DNA of 64,000 nt from Eledone cirrhosa (taxonomy: Eukaryota). Positions 56,377 to 64,000 of the stretch are shown in pieces. How positions within the stretch are numbered: position 1 is the first letter of the stretch; each line of letters starts with the position of its first letter. Below the pieces are notes generated by a model, which searched no databases, was not told the origin of the DNA, and worked only from the letters and a program-made list of their open reading frames with translations. The DNA is taken from the NCBI GenBank assembly GCA_964016885.1, contig OZ024741.1, positions 387,190,001 through 387,254,000 of the forward strand. Direction: 5' to 3'. The translations under genes and the position numbers were made by a program.

Positions 56377-59001
56377 TTAATTGTAAGTTGTGATGTTGCT
56401 GTTCCACTCATATTTTCTATTTAATTTTGGTTTTAATTCTTTTATGCTTACTGCCTCTGAAATTTGACTAAACATTGCGTCTTTTCTGTGTGTGGATTCT
56501 ATTTTTATTTCTATGCTCTCTAATCTACCCCTGTGTTCTATCTTAGCATGTTGGTAGAGCACAGATGATTCTTTATTATCTTGGAGGTCTCGCCAGTGTT
56601 CATTTATTCGTTCCCCTATACTACGAGCTGTCTCACCTATGTACACTATATTTTTGTTTCTACATTGTCCTTCAGTACATCTTATGCTATACACTACATT
56701 TCTAGTTTTACAGTTAATATGGGGGCTTATTTTACAGGTTATACATTTCTTATCTATACATGAGGGTCTTTGGAACGGGTATATCTTGCTAATAAGTGTT
56801 TTTACGGAGGTACCAGGTCTTTCTACTATCTTAATATTGAGATTATGTTTATTTAGGGCCCTTCTAAATTTGTAGGCTAGTTCACCTCTAGGGGTTGTAT
56901 TGATGAACATTACACTCTGGTATTTATTGCTATCATACCATGAGTTTATTCTATTGGCCTTGTTCTTAGTTCTTTCTACTCTATTCCAAAATTTGCTCCT
57001 ATACAAGGGGCAGGTCCCATTTATGTCATTATTTACCATTTTTTCCCATTTGGTTCTGGCTCCTTTATACACTCTGATTCTATCTCTCTGATTGTAGCCA
57101 GAGAACTGCATACGGTGGATGAAGTGTTGTATGTGTCTCTCTAGTTCTTCGGGGTTGCACATGCGGGACACATTTCTCATCACCCGTACCAAATCCGCAA
57201 TCAGTATGTTGATTTTGGTATGGTCCGAAATGGCCGAGTTTCGGTGGATCAGATGTTTGGAAGTCATGGGTTTGGCATAATGGGAATGGAGGATTTGTTT
57301 TTGGTTGTTAATGGTATCTAACCAGAGCTCTGTGTCTAGTACAGGTAATCGATGGTTGGGGTGTCTACTTGGGTAGTCTATAGTAACTCTAATGCTCTGG
57401 TGGATGGAGTTTGCTATTTGCTGGATGCTTTCCATTGTGTTTTTCTCTAGTTCCTGACTGTTCTTTAGTGGGGGTGTCTTAACTACGATGTTTATATCAT
57501 CTACGTAGCGGGAGTACATTATCAGGGTTAAGCTGTCTTCTAATTGTTCATTAAGTTTTTGTTTAAGTCTACTGTCCCACCATACCATGAATAAGTTAGC
57601 TATGTCGCCTGCAATGCTAACACCAATGGCTGCTCCTTCCTCTTGGGCATATGTTTTACCATTAAATTTGAACATATGTTCCTTAAGGGTTAATTTTATT
57701 CTGGCCCCTACCGCATGTGCAATCATTTTCTTCAGTTCATCGTGGTTTTCGGGTGTCCGTATGGCTCTGGTCCACCCGTTCCATCTATCTGTGTGGGTTT
57801 TCTTGGCCATTGAGGTAATGGTAGGTGGTCTGCCTCTTGCTGGTCTTGTAGAGCACAGGTTGCTAAGGTCATAAGTGTCTAGGTAACTATTACTATGGGT
57901 AAGCTTAAGTAGAAGTCCCAGCTCACTGGTATCAATCCCACGGAACTCAACCTTGCTCTCGCTGATCATTTCTACGCATTTCTCCACAGCAAAATCCACG
58001 TCAATAGATGGATACAGGGACACAACATCCATACTGCCTATTATGCAGTTTGTTAGGTCCCCAGATCGGTTACCCACGCCGATTCTGCTGAGGAGGTCCT
58101 CCGTGCTGTCACACACATCTGGGGACATCTCAATGATGGGGCGTATGATCAGGGAGACGAAGTAGGACAGTCTGTAGTTACTAGCAATGTTAGCCCCACA
58201 GACTGGCCGTGTTGGTGGTCCCGCGACAGGGTCCCAGCCCGTTTTATGGTCTTTTCGAAGCCCATACAACGCTGGCACGTCATTGTTCCAGGCCTGGAAG
58301 TTGTTGGCAGTCCTTTTGTTGGGCTGCATTATATTCGTCCACATCACCATATGGGCATTGAGGGCTTTTTCTCTATCCTCATGCTCCTGTGGTGTTACCT
58401 CTCTTGTGTTAGTGATGTGGGGTTGCATTGCCTGGATGTAGTTTGGCAGGCTGTCAACCGACATTCTGCCAGACTTGTTTGTTGGAAAACATGCTATCTC
58501 TCCATTACGCGAGCGCTGCATGAGCTTACGCAAGCCATTTGCAGATTCTTCTCCCAGTTGCTGGGCCTCTATTCTATTATGCTTCTTGCTATACTGTTCT
58601 ATAATATTTCTAAGTTCGGATCTAGCTATACTAAATTGTGCTTCTGTTTGTTCATCGACCTGCGACGGCAACTGCGTGCGTTTGTTAAATGGCAAAGTCG
58701 TGGCGTGGACTCGTCGTAGGTCGAATGATTTATCGGAGGGGTTATAAAACGGAGAGTTCCAGGCTGCTGCTTTATGTGTACTAGTGCTATTATTATTGTT
58801 AGTTGTGTTGTTTCTATTTCTATTTCCACCAACAGCCTCATGGTTGTTTCTATGTCTCTCATAATTACTCCTGTCTCTTTCCACTGGCTCAATGTTGTTA
58901 TCTACCCTATTTTGTGTGTCTGTGTGTTCGTCTTGGTTATTCTCTTTGTCCTTAGTCTCCCTTCTCCTTTTCCTTTTAATCCTATTACTTTCTCTTATTT
59001 C
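56377..59001 (-). CDS. PLE reverse transcriptase plus GIY-YIG endonuclease, 5'-truncated
   Basis: LYGLRKDHK, RPV, SMDVVSLYPSI, GAAIG, RYVDD, LPVLD; Cys-rich linker; NVVYSIRC...YIGETARSIGERINEH, KPKLN; uninterrupted frame. Confidence 0.9.
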   Translation of the reverse strand, partial: EIRESNRIKRKRRRETKDKENNQDEHTDTQNRVDNNIEPVERDRSNYERHRNNHEAVGGNRNRNNTTNNNNSTSTHKAAAWNSPFYNPSDKSFDLRRVHATTLPFNKRTQLPSQVDEQTEAQFSIARSELRNIIEQYSKKHNRIEAQQLGEESANGLRKLMQRSRNGEIACFPTNKSGRMSVDSLPNYIQAMQPHITNTREVTPQEHEDREKALNAHMVMWTNIMQPNKRTANNFQAWNNDVPALYGLRKDHKTGWDPVAGPPTRPVCGANIASNYRLSYFVSLIIRPIIEMSPDVCDSTEDLLSRIGVGNRSGDLTNCIIGSMDVVSLYPSIDVDFAVEKCVEMISESKVEFRGIDTSELGLLLKLTHSNSYLDTYDLSNLCSTRPARGRPPTITSMAKKTHTDRWNGWTRAIRTPENHDELKKMIAHAVGARIKLTLKEHMFKFNGKTYAQEEGAAIGVSIAGDIANLFMVWWDSRLKQKLNEQLEDSLTLIMYSRYVDDINIVVKTPPLKNSQELEKNTMESIQQIANSIHQSIRVTIDYPSRHPNHRLPVLDTELWLDTINNQKQILHSHYAKPMTSKHLIHRNSAISDHTKINILIADLVRVMRNVSRMCNPEELERHIQHFIHRMQFSGYNQRDRIRVYKGARTKWEKMVNNDINGTCPLYRSKFWNRVERTKNKANRINSWYDSNKYQSVMFINTTPRGELAYKFRRALNKHNLNIKIVERPGTSVKTLISKIYPFQRPSCIDKKCITCKISPHINCKTRNVVYSIRCTEGQCRNKNIVYIGETARSIGERINEHWRDLQDNKESSVLYQHAKIEHRGRLESIEIKIESTHRKDAMFSQISEAVSIKELKPKLNRKYEWNSNITTYN

Positions 59002-59016
59002 TCTGATAAGAAATAA

Positions 59017-61641
59017 GAAATAAGAGAAAGTAATAGGATTAAAAGGAAAAGGAGATGGGAGACTAAGGACAAAGAGAATAACCAAGACGAACACACAGAC
59101 ACACAAAATAGGGTAGATAACAACATTGAGCCAGTGGAAAGAGACAGGAGTAATTATGAGAGACATAGAAACAACCATGAGGCTGTTGGTGGAAATAGAA
59201 ATAGAAACAACACAACTAACAATAATAATAGCACTAGTACACATAAAGCAGCAGCCTGGAACTCTCCGTTTTATAACCCCTCCGATAAATCATTCGACCT
59301 ACGACGAGTCCACGCCACGACTTTGCCATTTAACAAACGCACGCAGTTGCCGTCGCAGGTCGATGAACAAACAGAAGCACAATTTAGTATAGCTAAATCC
59401 GAACTTAGAAATATTATAGAACAGTATAGCAAGAAGCATAATAGAATAGAGGCCCAGCAACTGGGAGAAGAATCTGCAAATGGCTTGCGTAAGCTCATGC
59501 AGCGCTCGCGTAATGGAGAGATAGCATGTTTTCCAACAAACAAGTCTGGCAGAATGTCGGTTGACAGCCTGCCAAACTACATCCAGGCAATGCAACCCCA
59601 CATCACTAACACAAGAGAGGTAACACCACAGGAGCATGAGGATAGAGAAAAAGCCCTCAATGCCCATATGGTGATGTGGACGAATATAATGCAGCCCAAC
59701 AAAAGGACTGCCAACAACTTCCAGGCCTGGAACAATGACGTGCCAGCGTTGTATGGGCTTCGAAAAGACCATAAAACGGGCTGGGACCCTGTCGCGGGAC
59801 CACCAACACGGCCAGTCTGTGGGGCTAACATTGCTAGTAACTACAGACTGTCCTACTTCGTCTCCCTGATCATACGCCCCATCATTGAGATGTCCCCAGA
59901 TGTGTGTGACAGCACGGAGGACCTCCTCAGCAGAATCGGCGTGGGTAACCGATCTGGGGACCTAACAAACTGCATAATAGGCAGTATGGATGTTGTGTCC
60001 CTGTATCCATCTATTGACGTGGATTTTGCTGTGGAGAAATGCGTAGAAATGATCAGCGAGAGCAAGGTTGAGTTCCGTGGGATTGATACCAGTGAGCTGG
60101 GACTTCTACTTAAGCTTACCCATAGTAATAGTTACCTAGACACTTATGACCTTAGCAACCTGTGCCCTACAAGACCAGCAAGAGGCAGACCACCTACCAT
60201 TACCTCAATGGCCAAGAAAACCCACACAGATAGATGGAACGGGTGGACCAGAGCCATACGGACACCCGAAAACCACGATGAACTGAAGAAAATGATTGCA
60301 CATGCGGTAGGGGCCAGAATAAAATTAACCCTTAAGGAACATATGTTCAAATTTAATGGTAAAACATATGCCCAAGAGGAAGGAGCAGCCATTGGTGTTA
60401 GCATTGCAGGCGACATAGCTAACTTATTCATGGTATGGTGGGACAGTAGACTTAAACAAAAACTTAATGAACAATTAGAAGACAGCTTAACCCTGATAAT
60501 GTACTCCCGCTACGTAGATGATATAAACATCGTAGTTAAGACACCCCCACTAAAGAACAGTCAGGAACTAGAGAAAAACACAATGGAAAGCATCCAGCAA
60601 ATAGCAAACTCCATCCACCAGAGCATTAGAGTTACTATAGACTACCCAAGTAGACACCCCAACCATCGATTACCTGTACTAGACACAGAGCTCTGGTTAG
60701 ATACTATTAACAACCAAAAACAAATCCTCCATTCCCATTATGCCAAACCCATGACTTCCAAACATCTGATCCACCGAAACTCGGCCATTTCGGACCATAC
60801 CAAAATCAACATACTGATTGCGGATTTGGTACGGGTGATGAGAAATGTGTCCCGCATGTGCAACCCCGAAGAACTAGAGAGACACATACAACACTTCATC
60901 CACCGTATGCAGTTCTCTGGCTACAATCAGAGAGATAGAATCAGAGTGTATAAAGGAGCCAGAACCAAATGGGAAAAAATGGTAAATAATGACATAAATG
61001 GGACCTGCCCCTTGTATAGGAGCAAATTTTGGAATAGAGTAGAAAGAACTAAGAACAAGGCCAATAGAATAAACTCATGGTATGATAGCAATAAATACCA
61101 GAGTGTAATGTTCATCAATACAACCCCTAGAGGTGAACTAGCCTACAAATTTAGAAGGGCCCTAAATAAACATAATCTCAATATTAAGATAGTAGAAAGA
61201 CCTGGTACCTCCGTAAAAACACTTATTAGCAAGATATACCCGTTCCAAAGACCCTCATGTATAGATAAGAAATGTATAACCTGTAAAATAAGCCCCCATA
61301 TTAACTGTAAAACTAGAAATGTAGTGTATAGCATAAGATGTACTGAAGGACAATGTAGAAACAAAAATATAGTGTACATAGGTGAGACAGCTCGTAGTAT
61401 AGGGGAACGAATAAATGAACACTGGCGAGACCTCCAAGATAATAAAGAATCATCTGTGCTCTACCAACATGCTAAGATAGAACACAGGGGTAGATTAGAG
61501 AGCATAGAAATAAAAATAGAATCCACACACAGAAAAGACGCAATGTTTAGTCAAATTTCAGAGGCAGTAAGCATAAAAGAATTAAAACCAAAATTAAATA
61601 GAAAATATGAGTGGAACAGCAACATCACAACTTACAATTAA
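59017..61641 (+). CDS. PLE reverse transcriptase plus GIY-YIG endonuclease, 5'-truncated (mirror copy)
   Basis: Same protein as the minus copy apart from a few substitutions; uninterrupted frame. Confidence 0.9.
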   Translation, partial: EIRESNRIKRKRRWETKDKENNQDEHTDTQNRVDNNIEPVERDRSNYERHRNNHEAVGGNRNRNNTTNNNNSTSTHKAAAWNSPFYNPSDKSFDLRRVHATTLPFNKRTQLPSQVDEQTEAQFSIAKSELRNIIEQYSKKHNRIEAQQLGEESANGLRKLMQRSRNGEIACFPTNKSGRMSVDSLPNYIQAMQPHITNTREVTPQEHEDREKALNAHMVMWTNIMQPNKRTANNFQAWNNDVPALYGLRKDHKTGWDPVAGPPTRPVCGANIASNYRLSYFVSLIIRPIIEMSPDVCDSTEDLLSRIGVGNRSGDLTNCIIGSMDVVSLYPSIDVDFAVEKCVEMISESKVEFRGIDTSELGLLLKLTHSNSYLDTYDLSNLCPTRPARGRPPTITSMAKKTHTDRWNGWTRAIRTPENHDELKKMIAHAVGARIKLTLKEHMFKFNGKTYAQEEGAAIGVSIAGDIANLFMVWWDSRLKQKLNEQLEDSLTLIMYSRYVDDINIVVKTPPLKNSQELEKNTMESIQQIANSIHQSIRVTIDYPSRHPNHRLPVLDTELWLDTINNQKQILHSHYAKPMTSKHLIHRNSAISDHTKINILIADLVRVMRNVSRMCNPEELERHIQHFIHRMQFSGYNQRDRIRVYKGARTKWEKMVNNDINGTCPLYRSKFWNRVERTKNKANRINSWYDSNKYQSVMFINTTPRGELAYKFRRALNKHNLNIKIVERPGTSVKTLISKIYPFQRPSCIDKKCITCKISPHINCKTRNVVYSIRCTEGQCRNKNIVYIGETARSIGERINEHWRDLQDNKESSVLYQHAKIEHRGRLESIEIKIESTHRKDAMFSQISEAVSIKELKPKLNRKYEWNSNITTYN

Positions 61642-61937
61642 GGACAAAATGAAAACACACACACACATAGAACAAACAACTTACAATTAAGGACAAAATG
61701 AAAACACACACAAAATGAAAACACACAAAGGACAAAATGAAAACACACGCACACATAGAACAAACAACCAACCAACAATAAATAAATAAATAAATAAACA
61801 AATAGATAAATGAACACAAACACACACAGACACCCGGATGTGGCGCATGCGCAAACTGAGCACACAACACACACACAGAAACAAAATGGCGTAGGATAGA
61901 AGAAAGGAAAGGCACAGAAACGAAGAAAGGAATCCCC

Positions 61938-61982
61938 AGTCACTGAAGAGGTCACAGAGTGTGTGACGAAAGGACTATGACT
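61938..61982 (+). ncRNA. Minimal type I hammerhead ribozyme in the PLE pseudo-LTR
   Basis: agtca CTGAAGA g gtcaca-gagtg-tgtgac GAAA ggac TA^ tgact; predicted cleavage after 61977. Confidence 0.72.
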
Positions 61983-62210
61983 ATATATAAACAACTATCT
62001 GGTTGTGGAACCAACCAACCAACCAGAAATTTATAAGTTTGTAAATTTGTAAATTTATAAATTTATAAATTTATAAATATATAATAAATTGAAGTGAAAG
62101 CAACTGGTGCGTGTGTTTCTTATTGGCAACATGACCCTCCCAAAGTATAACAATATCGTTTTCAACACACGATTTCAGATAAAGAATCTTGCTAAACAAA
62201 TTCAGAAACG

Positions 62211-62264
<54 letters not shown>

Positions 62265-64000
62265 TTATCATTATTTTTATGTCCACTTTTCCATGATGGC
62301 ATGAACTGGAAAAAACCTACAGCGGGATGCCCCTCTTGATGTCAACCCTATTTTTAAAGTATGGTTCTTATTTCACTGATCTTCATACATTTTACTGTAG
62401 GACCTTTTCTAAGCTTTGGAGTTTTTCCTCTGCAACTTCTGCAATGATTACTGTGTCATCATGTTTTTGAACTCCAATAGTATTACCACAGCAATTATGT
62501 TGAATAGTATGGAGTCAAAGACTGAGTCCTGGTAAACATCTATATGTACACTAACTTTTTACCAGAACTCATTGCCAATCCTAACCTTGTTCAAGATCCT
62601 CTTTAACTTTAGGAAAGGCATAGAAATCTTGTCAAACAAAAGATTGGGAGGACCCATTAGTTGTGTCATGGACATGACAGCCTCCCTAGTTCTGGCAATC
62701 TACACAGTAAAAGCACCCAGTACATGCTGTAAAGTGATTGGTGAGGAGGAAGGGCTTCCAGCCATAGAAAGTTTGCCAAACAAGGGGTTAGAAGGACTGT
62801 CAAAAGACACAACTACTTTTCCTCTGCACTTGATATGATCGTACATAAGTGGGATACAGACCCCTCAGCCTGTCTGTGAGGTCAGTAGCTCTGCTTCTGT
62901 ACAGACTTGGTCTATGTAGACCCATCCAACCCTTGCTAACAAGGAAAGCAAACATTAAATGATGATAATGATGTATTTCACTAAAAATACTCTAATGAAA
63001 TGGTTAACCATCAGACTGCCCTGTCAGAGCTGATCTACTGTTAAACATCAAATATTTCAGCCCAGTCAGAAAGCCCCTACATGATCATATGAACTACTAG
63101 AAATAACAGTCGTATCTCCATCAAATTACACTCTACTGAGTTGAGAAAGGAAAGTACAAGTTGGATAATGTGGTCCTAGATAAACTGTATCTACAAAAAA
63201 CCCCACAAAAACCAGGGAGTCACATATAGAGGGTTTTTGCTGATAGATCTGACTGGTACTAATAAACAACATCAGAAACAACAACAATTTGGCCTTGACC
63301 CAAATTACTAATTGCTGTCAATAAATAACTTGTATCTCAGACTATTTGATATGTTAATAAGGACAATGTTCGGTTATATAGTGTAACATACATATTAAAA
63401 TCTAAAAACATGTCAACTAGAGAACTTCTTGACTTGATTCAATTGAGTAACCCATTCATTGTTAGATCTCTAATGAAACACACAGTCTATGATTTTCAAA
63501 TCATTTCGAAAAGAATCGAGAATTTGGAAGGACTTAATAATATAACTAACTTTATCATTATTAACCCTTAAGCATTTATATTACTCTATATATACTATTG
63601 TATTTTCACAGTAAAGGCTTTACCTCACATAATATCGAAGCTATGTTATTTATTTTGAGAACAAAACCTTAACATGAGTATCAGCAGCCAATTACAGCTG
63701 GTTTGAACTAAAAGAGGTGAGAGAATTCTGGCCGGATATGGCCAGTTTAAATGCTAAAGGGTTAAGCTGATGTATAGGACATAACTTTAAAAAAAAGTTC
63801 TAACATAAAATTATGATGAAAAATTTTTCTATTATAATTTCATGTAAGAGCTTTTGTGATGTTCCAAAAACCAGTTTAACTGTGAGAAAATTAGTTATGT
63901 TACTAAATCTCTTCAAATTCTTAATTATTTTAAATATTACAAAGCTGTTTATACAAAGACAAAACACTATTAAATGGAACAAAAAAAGGAAAAGAAAAAA

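Larger units (their letters stand above)
55930..62212. mobile_element. Head-to-head palindromic Penelope-like element (EN+) insertion in (TA)n
   Basis: Arms at 55930-59002 and 59016-62114; 13-nt spacer ctgataagaaata; (TA)n at 55911-55930 and 62213-62261. Confidence 0.93.

Noticed and set aside
59002-59244. Hydrophobic N-terminus of the 955-aa ORF as a real signal or TM segment
   Set aside because: It is the antisense of the opposite palindrome arm, not native PLE sequence.
56377-61641. Naiad/Chlamys-type or selenoprotein-encoding PLE
   Set aside because: The GIY-YIG domain is C-terminal and there are no in-frame TGA codons.

Overview
AT-rich, microsatellite- and TE-dense animal DNA. The SINE/LINE repertoire suggests a cephalopod such as Octopus (inference). 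One host gene runs on the minus strand. I assembled nine phase-compatible GT-AG exons by hand (44244 to 2600, continuing past the left edge). They encode a signal peptide followed by alternating cysteine-rich EGF/EB-like modules. The introns hold RTE LINEs whose RT carries an inserted C4HC3 (PHD-like) finger, Dong/R4 and Tx1 fragments, tRNA-derived SINEs, a Chapaev3 transposon with TIRs and TSD, a small Helitron and TTAA-bounded MITEs. A CRE-like fragment lies upstream. The most striking structure is a ~6.2-kb near-perfect palindrome (55930-62114) of two head-to-head, 5'-truncated Penelope-like elements (RT plus GIY-YIG), each ending in a minimal hammerhead ribozyme and inserted in (TA)n. Two smaller fold-back insertions share the same asymmetric architecture (54355-55285, with its own hammerhead pair, and 10228-10467). 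All coordinates and alignments were read by eye; no searches were run.
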